From Chrysomallon squamiferum (taxonomy: Eukaryota; Animalia; Mollusca), in assembly GCA_012295275.1 (NCBI GenBank), contig CM022672.1, positions 9,300,001-9,364,000 of the forward strand: 64,000 nucleotides of DNA, written 5' to 3'. Position numbers and translations under genes: made by a program. Below are positions 31,804 to 46,290 of the stretch, one piece after another. Every line of letters starts with the position of its first letter. Positions within the stretch are counted from its first letter, which is position 1. The notes under the pieces are model-generated. The model did no database searches and was not told the origin of the DNA. It worked only from the letters and a program-made list of their open reading frames with translations.

Positions 31804-32287
31804 GCTGCAGTGTCCTCTCCATGCATTACAGACATTACGCATCGTTTGTAATTTCAATGTTTGTAATCACGTTGTCATGGCAACATACTACGGGGAAATC
31901 AAATCGAATTCTGCAGATCTGATATGGCCTGGCCGTTATTTATTAAATGCTTTTTGAGTGATTATGAAATTTTAATTAACTAATATTGTTTATCACGTGC
32001 AAACTTACTAACACTGATAACTACGCCCTGGGGAAGAGAAAAAATTAATTTTGCATTTTCGAAAAATAGAATTTAATTGTTTTTCATTTAGTAACATAAT
32101 AAAAAAATATATATATAAATACATATATAAAAAGTAAAAGCACAGATTTTCAACAATCGTAGTCATTTTATGAAAATAAGAAATCGTCTCCTATGTATTA
32201 TTGTCGATTTAGTAATTATTTTATTTTATTCTTGTTGTTGTTGTTGTTAACTTATAGCTATTGATTATCACACAAACACACACACAC

Positions 32288-32319
<32 letters not shown>

Positions 32320-32589
32320 CTATGTATGTATGTATGTATGTATGTATGTATGTATGTATGTATGTATGTATCACTAAACTACATAGATTCACATCAGTTC
32401 AAACCACTTAGGTCTTTGAGCGATGGATCTTCCGCTCATAGGAAATAGGAAGAGAGACAGTGCAATTGGTGCTCTAAATATTTTAAAGTATTATTACTTC
32501 AATTGCTGCTACTACTGTTACTGCTACAACCACTACTCTTGATATTAAAACTAATATTACTAATAACATTGCTATGACTGGACTAGTTT

Positions 32590-32831
32590 TGCCACTGCTA
32601 TTGCTGTTTCTGTAATTACTACCTTACCACTACTACTACTTCTTCTTCTTCTTCTTCTTCTTCTTATTATTATTATTATTATTATTATTATAGTTGTTGT
32701 TTTGGTTGCTGTTGTTGTTGTTGTTGTTGTTGTTTTCATGAATTTTATTAATATTACTATATTTGTTGTTATTGGTGTTATCATCGTTAACATTATCATA
32801 ATTATTATTATTACTACTACTACTACTAATG

Positions 32832-32863
<32 letters not shown>

Positions 32864-32939
32864 GCTACTACTAATCCTGCTATTACTACTATTCCTACTA
32901 CTACTACTACCACTACTACTCTTATTGTTGTTGTTGTTG

Positions 32940-33007
<68 letters not shown>
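32590..33007. repeat. Compound trinucleotide array (ACT/CTT/ATT/GTT)
   Basis: Seen directly; similar arrays at 29265-29423, 41295-41520, 60875-61032 and 61795-61915. Confidence 0.93.
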
Positions 33008-33546
33008 AAGTCTTTACAGCAAGTACACAGTAGTGAACATTCTATGACTCATACTAACTGCACTAACCTGTTATTTTACCTGTGTTTTTCTTTCGAACTC
33101 CAGATGGAAAAGCATTTGAGTGCTTGTTTAGTTCTTCTTGTTACTTTCGTTAATTGTAGCGTTGAATTATTTACATATCCCTGCTTCAGTTATTCTTGTT
33201 ACTTAAAGATATTCCTTAACTTTAATTTACCTACTTCGAGCAATTAACTAACACTTAGTTCATGCATGCTGTAAAGAAAATTAACGTAATATTTAAAAAA
33301 ATAAAAAAATTAAAAAAATATTTTTATTAAACATACTAAATACTTTGCTGAGTATTTTTTACATATTAAAGCACACTGGAACATACGAAGTACGGTATAA
33401 ATAAGGTTTTATAATTATAGTAATGATATGGTAATTTAATCCTAAAATGCTTTAAAAACAAACAAAATAATCGATTTTTCTTATAAAAGTTTAACGCGTT
33501 TCTTCTTGAAATCAGTATAACTTTAGTCTATTTAGCCTATATCATC

Positions 33547-33580
<34 letters not shown>

Positions 33581-33820
33581 TTATGTTTAAAGACCTGATT
33601 TCGAATATAATAATGTTTTAATATGTAAATTAAATTTTATCTTTTGTCCATGATAATTTTGATAGATAAGGCGAAAATGAAAAAATTGTCGATTTCATGG
33701 GGTGTGTCTTTATATAAGATAAAAAACGTATCAAAGTAAACCATATTTTTGTGTTTTTGTTACAGCAAGCTGTAATAATAAAAGTGATAATAATAATAAT
33801 AATAACAACAACAACAACAA

Positions 33821-33863
<43 letters not shown>

Positions 33864-34352
33864 TTTGTATTCAATGCCTGCGGTCTGGCAGATTTGATGA
33901 TGACTTTTTACCTCTTTGTTTCAATGTTATCATAAATTCTCTGTCGGTGACCTCTGTGAACTGAATGTGACTCTTAAACTTGTATTTTATGTGTGTTTTG
34001 TTTCTGCTATCGCTGTAAACAACTATATCATTTAAATTTACATAAACTGAAACGTAAACACACAAATGTCAGTTTTATGTTTTGTAAATATAGCAGCTTT
34101 TTGCACTTCTTACTTAAAAAAACAGACAAAAAATCCATATATATTTTGTTTGTTTTCTTTCTTTCTTTTGTTATTTATTTATTTTTTCATTCATTTATCT
34201 ACTTATTTACTTTTTGAATGTGCGTTTTTCACTATGATATTTGTATATGGCTCTGTTTGCTAATGTATTTGATAAACACAGAGTAAATAATAGTCAAAAG
34301 AAAAAAACTAAAATTATATACCAAATTATATACGAGTGTATTTAAAACAGTG

Positions 34353-34437
<85 letters not shown>

Positions 34438-34440
34438 GTC

Positions 34441-34475
<35 letters not shown>

Positions 34476-34854
34476 GTCTGCTGAATATATAAAACTCATA
34501 TTCACAAACAATACTGGAACGTAATGATACTGGAAACAGTTGTGACCACAAATTGACTGTAATATGTGTAATCATGTCTAGAGGTCACGTTTTAACTACG
34601 TCCACCGGCGGATTAACCACTGGTGATGGATTAGCAGTAAATGTCGACATTCTTAGTCATCTGTTCCTGATATATATTTAATGCTGTATGTTAAGACTCT
34701 TACTGTAATTATTATAGTCGTGTAGGACTGCACAACGTCATGCATTGCGATATTTAGGATAGGTTATTTTCCGTGCTTCAATTATTAAGAACAATGTACA
34801 CTTTGTTGAGTTTATAATTATCGTCTTTCAAATCAGAATAAATAAAATAAATGC

Positions 34855-34956
<102 letters not shown>

Positions 34957-35319
34957 GTCTAAAAATATCATCACCTTTCCCATTTAAAAATTCACCACCT
35001 TTCCTTTTACATTTTTTATTTACTATGACATTTTGAATCATTTTTTTTTTTTTTTTTTTTTTTACATATTAAACAAAATAACATAAAATAAAATAAAGCT
35101 AAAAGTCAATAAAACAGTACAAGCGAATGATAAACGATACCTCAAAATACCTTGTGCATAAAACAATACAACCGAATGATAAATGAAACAGCTTAAGCAA
35201 ACAAGGTGTGCGGAGCGATTTTGTTACCTAATGGATAAGCTCACTGAGCCATAACACAGAAGGCCTACTTCACTTTATTTTGAAAACGTAGTGAAGCAAG
35301 ACATACTGTTACCCTCTGA

Positions 35320-35550
35320 CATATGACGTAGCAAGAAAGACTAGGATGGTTTTGCTCTACGCGACTGACAACATCGACTCTATCATCCTTGTTTGAATAG
35401 TTTCACTGATCGTTCACCTTTCAGCGACGTTTGGGGACACCCTTCTTGCCTAAATATAGACTGTTTACCTTTTTTTTTGAAAAATAAAAACAGTCCGCCA
35501 TTTTTACCTGTGAAAGAAATAGAGAGAGAGGGAGAACAAAAGATAGCAGA
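35320..35550 (+). promoter_or_regulatory. Candidate distal promoter of the M13 gene
   Basis: CRE-like TGACGTAG about 35324, TATA-like TAAATATA 35451-35458, Inr-like ACAGT about 35490 and YY1 consensus CCGCCATTTT 35495-35504, all directly upstream of ATG 35551. Confidence 0.45.
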
Positions 35551-35612
35551 ATGGAAAAGCTACACGGTAAAATGATTGAACTGAAAGATATAAATACGAA
35601 AAGATCATATGG
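35551..35612 (+). CDS. Putative alternative first coding exon of the M13 peptidase (long cytoplasmic-tail isoform), MEKLHGKMIELKDINTKRSY(G)
   Basis: ATG at 35551, open for 62 nt to a strong donor GG|GTGAGT (GT at 35613). Phase 2 matches exon 45691-45739 exactly (GG+A=Gly) and stays in frame into 47491. Promoter-like motifs lie just upstream. Confidence 0.6.
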
Positions 35613-35915
35613 GTGAGTTGTTTTATATCTACGTTTGTGTGTAACTGGTGTGTGTTAAGATGACCTTGTTTGTATAAACGTTAGTGGTTTTCCAGGTCAC
35701 CAGTACGACTGTCGTTAAATGTTCGTGACAGTGAAAATTAAATTGTGTAGAACGATTTAAAGTTGTAGACTGTGATACGTCAGCGCTTTAGTGTAACTTG
35801 ACACAGTCTAGTATCTCATTTGATAAATATGTAGATCTACTTTTAGTAATTTGTGATGTAAAACTTGATATAATATGTTGATAGACAATCAGACATAAAG
35901 AGACAGAAAAACACA

Positions 35916-36034
<119 letters not shown>

Positions 36035-36675
36035 ACTATCTAATAACTATAACTTAAGACACCGATATTTTTATAAGCTTAGTATAATAATATTTAAATG
36101 TTTTAAACACAGACTAATTGCAATTAATATTCCGGCTATATGTCTCTCTATCTGTTTAAATGTTCGTTTATATTTCATGAACCTTATCAAAACAATTAAA
36201 GATAATTTATTATATATATATGATGACCGATAATTGTTTAATAATGCGTCTGTGTATTATTTTTATTTCTTATTTCATATATCAAGTGATCTTTCTCATT
36301 CGATAACATACTTATCTATATTCTCATCCGTAACACTCATCTTTTAACATATTGTTATTTCAGTTCAATTTTGTGTCTGGTCGTCTTGTTAATGTGTACA
36401 GAAGCAAAATGTTTTCATACTAAATATCAATAATTAAAGCTACGTTTTCTTTGAATGAGAGCCAGTCACACAACATGGATTAATATGTCTAAAACATGTA
36501 GTTAGTTAAAGGTATTCCATGCCGCATTGTGTCTGCATGTTTACACTCTGCTTTATATATATAATTATCTCAGTATTTGGCATACGCTGATAAACTGTCA
36601 AACTTAATAAATGTGTATTATTCATCATGAAGACGTATATACGTACATACATACATACATACATACATACTAACA

Positions 36676-36860
36676 TGTCTTAATGGCCGAACGGTAACAG
36701 CGTCCGCTTTCGGAGTGCTGGCCAATGGGTGACGTATGTTCGAGTCACGTCACAGGAATCTGATTTGGGCTTGTGAGGTCGTGATATGACTTTGTCGCCA
36801 GTGCGTTCCCGAATATTGTCTACGTGCAGAGTCAATAAGACGTACATAAGACAGAGAATA
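36676..36860 (+). mobile_element. tRNA(Arg)-derived SINE-like element
   Basis: A box TGGCCGAACGG at 36684, anticodon-loop-like TTTCGGA (TCG), B box GTTCGAGTC 36738-36746 inside a GTGACGT/ACGTCAC stem. No intact acceptor or anticodon stem. The 3' end is approximate. Confidence 0.65.
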
Positions 36861-37154
36861 TTCAAAGTCCTAAAAATACATACATATCAACTAACACCTT
36901 TTGACATGCTCAGTATTTTCTGTTATACAATAACACTGCAAACATTCTGCAGCCGTTACAAAGGCGGTAAACAGAAAATGGCTGTCCTCAAACTGAAGTA
37001 AACATTAATGTGCCGCAGGGTGAACGAAGATACAATAAAACATCTGAAGTCATGGCAGTTTTGTTTGCATTTCGCTCATACCTGAGTTTTCAAGTACCAT
37101 GGGTTCAAAACATACTGTCAGTGGCGCCTGTAATTTTTACCTGTAATTTTACTT

Positions 37155-37395
37155 TAGAGAATGATTTTTACTACCAAAGAGAAAGTCATTAGGTTCGAGG
37201 ACGATTTTTACTAGTAAGAATATCATTAGATTCGAGAATTTTAGTACTACAGAAAAAGTCGTTAGGTCAAAGACGATTTTACTAATAACCAAAAAGTCAT
37301 TAAGTTCTAAAATCTGCTAATAAAGAAAAAGTCATTAGGTTCAAGGCCGATTATTACTTGTAATAATCATTTGGTTCGAGAACGATTTTTACATT
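37155..37395. repeat. Degenerate minisatellite, about 35-40 bp unit, 6-7 copies
   Basis: Recurring GATTTTTACTA...AAAGTCATTAGGTTCGAG. Confidence 0.8.
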
Positions 37396-37475
37396 AACAG
37401 TTAGTAGGGTGTGGACTTTACATATCCAAGTCGAGATATGGGTTCGAATCTTGGTAGTGACATATGAAACAGCTA
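37395..37475 (+). mobile_element. Degenerate tRNA-derived SINE head
   Basis: B box GGTTCGAATC 37441-37450 with a weak A box about 40 nt upstream. Confidence 0.35.
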
Positions 37476-37728
37476 AACTGAATCTTTCTTTTCTTTCTTT
37501 TTTTATTCTAACGTTACAATGCACTTAGCATATGTCTTAATGAATTACATCGTCAGGTTTTTTCTTTGTGTAAAACGAAAGAAGGAAACAAAAAGATCAT
37601 TAAAAACTCACACGATACGCGATTAATCCTCCTTTTAAGTACAAGTAATAATTACATTATCATATTTATTCAAAATTCTTTCTTCTGCCTCTTTGTGTAT
37701 ATGTTAGTACGTACGTGTCTGTGTGTAT

Positions 37729-37769
<41 letters not shown>

Positions 37770-38470
37770 TATGTTTATTTGTATATGCATATGTATATGT
37801 TTATATGTATATGACAAGGTAATCGTGTAATTCTGTATAAAACAGTCATCCACTGATGCAGGCGGTGTTAATAGAAGGTAATTAAACATGAAATGAGCTA
37901 GCAACCAGTTCGTTGCTGCCTGATTATTATTTATTTTTTTTTCTGCTGTAGAAACTTTGTAACAGAAAGTTAATCTTCAAATCAATGTGTACGTGTAAAT
38001 ATACCTAGCAATCAGCCCCTATCTTTACGTGTATCAGAGTACAGCCAAACAATACGTGATGATTTATGTTCTCAGCTTTATCAGTGCTGTAATCTTTAGC
38101 AAAGACTTAATTATTTTCTTTATCTGGATCATGTTCATTAGTTAGAATCCATATCTGAGAAGTTGTATGTTGTAAGGCCTTTCTTCGTATCCCGTGGTAT
38201 GTGCTCTCCTGTCATTGTATTATCACATTGGCATGTATAAATTTGTAAGCATGTATACACATATAAAAATAAATGCGCATAAAGGTATACAGACAGACAG
38301 ACAGATACTGAGTGACAGTCATATATAGACGCATATATGTACATATATAGAATCTGATGCATACACACTAACATACATACACACATTCATATATACATAC
38401 AAATATACATAGATACAGACCTAATACATACATATATACATATATACATACAAATATATATACATACGTT

Positions 38471-38502
<32 letters not shown>

Positions 38503-41467
38503 CATACGTACATACATATATACACACGTAAATACATTCATATATTTATATATGTAGGTATGTATGTATGTTAGCATGAATGATAATTTGTATTCATAAA
38601 TAGGTAAGTGTATATATACATACACATATAACCACGGCCATATAGAATACATATATAGATTCATCACACATAGATAGACAGATAGACAAACTCTTCCGTA
38701 CATTTGTATCATGTACATCCTAAGATCATCAAAATCTGTAATCTATTTGACCTTGATGATATTTTCTCTCGTCCTTCCATATGCAAGTATTAATTACCAC
38801 ATATTTCATCTCTGAACATTTCGATATCGGACTTGGACGTCCTTGCAAGAGAAAAGGCATTTTACGAGCCTTTCTTGTTATTATTGCTGAAGTCTGATTG
38901 CTTGTAACATTAAACTTGTGCCTTCATAATATTTTGTGGACTCGTAGAAAATTGACTCATCTGAACTCATCTAAGTTACTGCTGGGTATGTCTACAGAAG
39001 GCCAAGCTCCGTCTGAATCCAAACACAGAGGACGCCTCGGTTCCGCGGTTGAGCCTGAAGCTAAACCCGAGTTTGATTTTCCTTTGTCGCCGAGGACCGA
39101 GGCTTCACATACGTTGTCCCAATCAATGGATTTTTAAATCCCATTTCCTCGCCAATTACCCGCAAAATCGCCCTCAGTTTTGTGAATCTCGGCAGTAATG
39201 TGTGTTTTTGTGACTAATTTGGACGCTTTTCATTCTACGAAATACGTTTACCGATTCCTAGAAGATGTAGCGGTCTAGGAAAACTGCAGTTTAACCTTCG
39301 CATGCTTTGGTAGTTTTGTTGATTTATGGCAACTGCATACATAGCCTGCGGCAAATTGACACTGATCGTTAGCTTGGGATAATTGTGTAGATACGGCCCT
39401 GATGGTGGGTAATATTCCCCCGAGGTATTAACCACGAAGATTAAGTGGTTCTTGCGAACGCAGCCAACTATGACTGATGCAAGAACATAAAGGGTCACCA
39501 ATTCCCCTCCGCGGTATTTGGGATTTTAAACATTCATGAGTGACGGGTACGTACGGGTATTTTTAAAAAAATTGTTATTATAATTATTAATATTTTATTA
39601 TTTTCATGTAGCAAACTATAAGGGGCAAGGAAACAAATCTTTGCTGTATATATTTTTTTTAACCTTGAAATATTAATTATTTGTGAGTGTCTGTTTGGCA
39701 AGATTGAAAAGCCTTTTGTTACATAATGTTGGTTGTATCTATATTTAATGATGTTTTTGTGAGTATAATTGTACATGTGTTTTTAATTTACCTGTTATCT
39801 TTGGATTATTTATAGTTCTTGATGAACATCATGTTTTTTACTAACTTTATATTATACACTGAATACAACTTTATTTGTGTTGTTATTTAAGATATATATA
39901 TATATACTATATGATGTATGATATTTAATAACAACACATAAAATTAATACCACAAATGCAAAAGTAAAGCAGAAAACTTCGATAATACGTTCATCCATTT
40001 ATTCAAAACAAATAAATTTTATTATTAATTACTGACCCGAACCAAGGCAGTACTCTGTTTCTACAGTTTATCAAAGTCCATGGTATGAATGCATTGACTC
40101 ACTGTATTGTTCCCATGGTGTGTACTATTTTATCTCCGTGGCATATCTATGTTGCATCTGTCAAAATATATATTTATAAAAATTAAAAAACTCTCTTATT
40201 TCTTCTAATCTATAACAGTGGCCAAGGATAGCTCACAAATGGTTTCCTTCCTCGTACTGACATTATGCAACACCATTTTTTAGACATCTAATATCTTTTA
40301 TGAAAAAAAAAATGTCGATTCAGTAAACAGCTCTCTATTCAAATGTTGAATAGCAACATGTAATGTGTTTTCGTGCAATGTCGAGGACATATACGGATGC
40401 TCCATTTAATTTTATAAATAGCTGTATTATTACTAAAAGCCATTTAACCTGGATATAAGTATGAATAAATATTCTTAACTTTGCCGTTGTAAAACCGATT
40501 ACATGTATTATGTACCAGCTCTAGACAGAGTTTACATTTTGTTCAAGATTATATACATTTATTGGTATAATTGATTTTAAGTGTTAATATATAATAAAAA
40601 ATATATTTTTCTATTTATCTATCTATCTATTTATCTATCTTTCTATCTATCTATTTATCTGTATTATTTTATTTGTTGTGAGTATAATATATGATAATAT
40701 AACATATTTACTGTTACTTTACACTGAGCTGATGTCTCAGGCAATAACCACCATTTCAATCATAAGATCTGTATTACGTACGAAGATGTGTATCTCGTAA
40801 TAATAATATTAATACCAACTGTTTATCTATTAACTATAACTAGTGATGCAGACATTAACTCGACGAGGCTTTAAGAATATCCTGAACAAAGTGAAATAAA
40901 ATACTGAAAAATAGTCCCACCTAAAACAGATAAATCGGTAATTGACAAGCAACAGATATTCGTAAACATAATGTAAATATTTGTCAGTTAGACAGTCTGT
41001 CTGATACGGTGACCTTTGCTTGCTCTGCTTCGAAATAAAGCTGGGACAAAGTTAGGTTTAAACTTAGACTTTAAATTCTCGTTATAGTAGGTGTTGTCTT
41101 AAGTGACAAGAATCATGTGACTGAATCGTATCGCTAGAAGTCCTGAATTGTAAAACGAAAATATCAGTACGATTTGCGATTTTTTTTGTTTTTTTGTACC
41201 ATACGATTTAATAGTTTTTTGTACAATACGATTTAACACATTTTTGTATCATCATAAAGACTTATTAGATTAGTGTAACTAATTTTCTCTTCTACTATTA
41301 TTATTGTTATTATTACTGCAACTGCTATTTCTATTACTATTACTACTACTTCTGCAACTACTATTACTACTACTACTACTACTACTATTATTACTTCTAG
41401 TACTACTACTATTATTATTCTTTTTCTTCTATTTCCTCTTCTATTTCTTCTTCTTCTTCTTCTTCTT

Positions 41468-41498
<31 letters not shown>

Positions 41499-42014
41499 TT
41501 ATTATTATTATTATTATTGTCAAGTGATCATTAACGGATATTTTTTTTTTACAAATCTTAATATTTTTCAAAAAATTCATAGCTTATACGGTGCTCCATA
41601 AAGACATAATCAAAATGTTTCTAGTACTGTATGGCAGTATGCCGAGTTTTCTTTTATCATTGCATATCTTATCTCTAAATAAGACATACCTAACGAGTCC
41701 TTTATTCTTTCTTTAATACAGATTAATTTATATTTATATGATTTGGTATAGGGTCAGGGTTATCTGTGTTTGCTTGAGATAACAGATCTTAACGACATGA
41801 TTATGGTCACTCAGTAGTTACCGCGATAGTTTTTACAAATGACACCAAGTACAGTGTGAACTGCATGCTTTTAATACAGTTATCTATGTTATATCAGTGC
41901 CAACTAAAATTAACAGTAAATGGCAGTTAGGAAATTTTATATCCTTTATATATATGTATATATATATATCAATGTATGTTTGTATGTTTATGTATATATG
42001 TATTTATCGATCTG

Positions 42015-42098
<84 letters not shown>

Positions 42099-43451
42099 AG
42101 TGTGTATGTGCGTGTTTGTGTTAAATACGAAATATTTGATATATTCTTTTTGTTTTAGATGTTGTTTTTTTCCATACCAGTAGCTCCATATCTCAGTGCA
42201 GGCTAAATAGCATTGCATGTATTTATTTACTGATTTATATATAACATTCCACAATTTGACTATAATGAGGTCTCTTTTTAAATTTGTTACCAAATTCGCA
42301 ACAAAAAAAAAAAACATCACGAAAGAAAAATGAAACAAATAAACAAACAGTGAATGAAAATAAAAAACGAAAGAAAAAATAAAGAAAACCCAAATGAAAA
42401 AAGAGAGAAAGAATAGGAAGACAGAGAGAAATATGCAAGAGACGGAGAAAAAGAACAAAAAGAATAAATAAAGAAACAAAAAAAACAACAACAAATAAAT
42501 GTCTTCCACAGCATTAAATCACTAATTAACACAGACTACTGTTAAAGTCTATCTCATCACTGTAAGAAAACCCCGCTGACTTTAACTGGCATCGAAACCT
42601 CTAACCCCATCACATTACCGTGCTAATTTTACACTGCATTCTCTAACGTGTTTTTATGTGGTAACAATATTCTAAATAACAAGCCATTCTCGTGCAAAAA
42701 GTCAATGTTTCACACCAAATGCTTCTCAACACCAGAACAAACGTTATGTAGATCTTAATGGGGTTTTGTGTCTGATACAGACAGTTAACACGAAAGGCAG
42801 TTTGTAGAAGACGTGGCTTGTACAGATGGTGCATGTTTTATTTAAAGAACTCGAGGTAATTAATGGATGCAGGAGAGATGGAATCGTCTATTTACGTGCT
42901 ACTGATATATGCTGGACTTTTTCTTTTTATTTATTTTTTGTTTAATGTTTTTTTTTTTTTTTTTTTTTTGAGTGCGTGTGTCTTCTCTGTTGTAGAACTA
43001 ATGTTAGGTTCATTTATAATGCATGCTCGTGCATTAAATAACAGAACTACACATATACTTACATACATACAGACAGACAGACAGAAAAACATATATACAT
43101 ACATGAATACATTCGGACAGATGAACCACACAGTTAAATACGTACATACTTACATACACGCGCACGCACTCACACACACACACACACACACACATATATT
43201 TTCATATATGTTAAAATCAAACCAGAGGGCAAAGAGTGAAAGTGAAGAAGAAATGTGATGTCAGACAAGGAAATGTTCAGAATTTTATAGATCTTTCAAA
43301 GGAAACCTATTACCATGCATGAATTTTACTTTCCAATAATAGATATGTTTTACATAAAACCATACCTCTATGTGTGTTTATATGTCCGTATGTATGTATG
43401 TATGTCGAGAGAAAATAAGTGAGGATGGAGGGAGAGAGAGAGACAAAGATG

Positions 43452-43551
<100 letters not shown>

Positions 43552-44779
43552 AAAAAAAAAAATATTTGAAGTTCAGTAAGTCACGAAAGAAAGGCATATC
43601 GTTGTGAATCGGCTTATTTTTAAACCTGTTAGCGGCTGCATGCTTAACAAGAGACCGCTCTGATTAGCACGTCAAAATATTATCCTTTGCCCTCGCTAAG
43701 TGCACCGCAGAAAACCCAGATACACCGCTGAATGCAAGCATTTCAGAAAGAAAAAATAAAACAGTATTTGTCACATACAACCAGTCTGAGAATGGCTCTC
43801 TCGAATTCCTATAGCAAATCGCATTTGCAACATTAAACGGCCATTTATGGATTAAGAACGAAGAATTGTTTTACTCTATTGTGCAGAGGACTCGCTTTTA
43901 TCAACACAAAAAAAAAAAAAAAGCTACATGAGCAAGAGTTAATTTCCCTGCGTCGTAGTCTAACCCATTGATTCCAGGCGCACTTCTAACGTGTGATAAT
44001 GGCGCTCGTGTAGTTTCCCTCTTTATTCGAGATCGATTTGAAAGAAAGCCATAGAGGAACCCACCGCTGCTTGTCAAGCGATGTATTTTTAAACGCTCGT
44101 TTGAGAGTCTGATTATCGTTGATGGCTACCAATTGATTAAACGACAGGACCATTATAACAGCGTGTGTTTCGCTGAAGAGGTCTTGCGATTCATTACGGA
44201 AAATAATAATGTGACAGACTGCAGCTTGAACGAGAGACTCATTTTTTTTTTTTAAATAAATAACTGTCAAGAAATAAATGAAGACTTTGTTCAGGCATCG
44301 TCTGAAATTAATCGGCTGTGTAATTCCATAATTAAATTCGATTATAATTTACTGTTTTACATTATCGTGGTTATCATCATTATTATCTCTATTATCATTA
44401 TGGCCGTCGTCCTTAACTTGGTTTATTAGTTACATTTATATTAGTTGCAGTAGTAGTACTTGTTGTTGTTGTTGTTGTTGTAGAAGTTGAAATCGTAGTA
44501 ATACCGAGTGATGAAGTGAGAGATTGAATGAGTAAGTAGGTAATGGGTAGTACTTTTTTCATTATTATTACTATCATTATTAAATCAGTACCACAAAAGA
44601 ACACGAAAACATTTAATGTTTCAACAATAACGTCAGTAACAACAACAACACCACCACCGCCGCTACCACCACAACCATCACAACCACCACCACACTACAA
44701 TAATAAACAACAATAATAACTACTATAATAATATCTGTGACCATACTGTAGTGATTGGCTGTAAGTGAGTGAATGAACA

Positions 44780-45115
44780 TGAATGTTTGAGTTAGTATGT
44801 ATATAAATTAGTGTGCATATGAGTTTGTATGTATGTATATGAGTTAATATGTGCATAAATTGGTGTATATATGAATTTATATGTTTGTATATGAGTTAAT
44901 ATCTATATATTAGTATGAAAATTTTATGTTTGTATATGAGTTAATATCTATATAAATTAGTAATTTATATAAGGTTTGTTCTTGTTTATATTATTTTGTA
45001 TATATATATCTGAGTTAGTATGCGATTGAGTTAGAATGTATAAAAGTTAGTGTATATATGAGTCAGTATGTATATATGTTAATATGTATATGAGTTAGTT
45101 AGTATATATATAAGA
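44780..45115. repeat. Degenerate short-unit repeat (TATATGAGTTAGTATG-like)
   Basis: TATGAGTTA/TTAGT motif recurs many times. Confidence 0.7.
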
Positions 45116-45349
45116 ATTAGTATATAAATATATCTATTTGTATATCGGTTAGGGAAGGATGGAGAGAGAGAATTTAGATTCACAAAATGACATTATCATA
45201 ATAAAAATGTTGAGATCGCCTCCAAAATGACTCTGATTAATTAAGTTGCCGTGATTTGTTCAAATAGTCGTTTATTTTCTTTCGACAAATGAGTTTTGAG
45301 AATCACACCAAACACACACACCTGCTAACAACCCAAACGTCACTTCCTT

Positions 45350-45489
45350 ACACCAACACAAGACTCAGCAGCCAACGTTGTCGGCTAATCTGTAGGGCGG
45401 GTGGGGGGCTGACAGCCGTGTTGTAGATAGCAGCTTGTTATTAATGTTTCATCCTTCACTGTTCCTTGCACTGACCGACCAAGCAGAGA
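45350..45489 (+). promoter_or_regulatory. Candidate proximal promoter / non-coding first exon
   Basis: GC box GGGCGGGTGGGGGG about 45394-45408 in an AT-rich background. Possible donor AGA|GTAAAT at 45490, 201 bp before acceptor 45690. Confidence 0.35.
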
Positions 45490-45690
45490 GTAAATTAATG
45501 AATTTGATGTGAAGTCATGTTTTTCATAACGTTTCCGTTCACATCAAACTGACTGAAGAAATACAGTAATTCACGTTATTACTGAAAGCGAAGCATGAAG
45601 CTTCATAATTACGCATTTTTTCAAGAGTTATCACGCTTCGAATACAAATTATAAACGGGATTTTTTAATTCATTACTTCTTTTATTTCAG

Positions 45691-45739
45691 AACTACATGT
45701 GCAGAAGAAAACGAACTCCTCAATGCAAACTCGATTAAG
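45691..45739 (+). CDS. Internal micro-exon of the M13 peptidase, (G)TTCAEENELLNANSIK; 5'UTR in shorter isoforms
   Basis: Polypyrimidine acceptor cttcttttatttcag|, donor AAG|GTAAGA. The frame ending in phase 0 is open and joins ATG 47491, which is directly preceded by acceptor ttgctttaag. Confidence 0.7.
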
Positions 45740-46161
45740 GTAAGAACGTTTTTTTCTTCAACAGATATTCTGATTAACTGTTAACAGAGACTGCAGCACA
45801 TTTTGATATTAATGGTTATTAGGTGTCCATAATACAAGAAATAGTTCATTTATTTATTTGCTTCTTTCTTTATTTTATTATATTTTATTTTTTTATTTAC
45901 TTCTTTCTTTATTTTATTATATTTTTTTTTTTTTTTTTTTTTTAATAATTCTTCACGCAGCTGACATAAACACATCTGTATTTTTACTTCCTTTTAAAGA
46001 ATGATAAACTGAGGTTAATGCATCTATTGTTTTGTATGTGCAAATCTAAATGTCAGAAGTAATATATCTATGTTTTTCTTTTATACAGTGATATATGATG
46101 TCATGTAATAAAATTAAGAAAATAAAACCTAGAAAGACGATTCTCTCTCGCTTTTTCTCTG

Positions 46162-46290
<129 letters not shown>

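Noticed and set aside
36676-36755. Functional tRNA-Arg gene
   Set aside because: Anticodon and acceptor stems do not pair and the variable region is abnormal; better explained as a SINE head.
37155-37395. Repeat-spacer-like pattern suggesting CRISPR
   Set aside because: Units are contiguous, degenerate and homologous along their whole length; eukaryotic context and no cas genes.
38898-39137. Protein-like ORF MSTEGQAPSESKHRGR... as another first exon
   Set aside because: No good phase-compatible donor before the stop and no recognisable homology.
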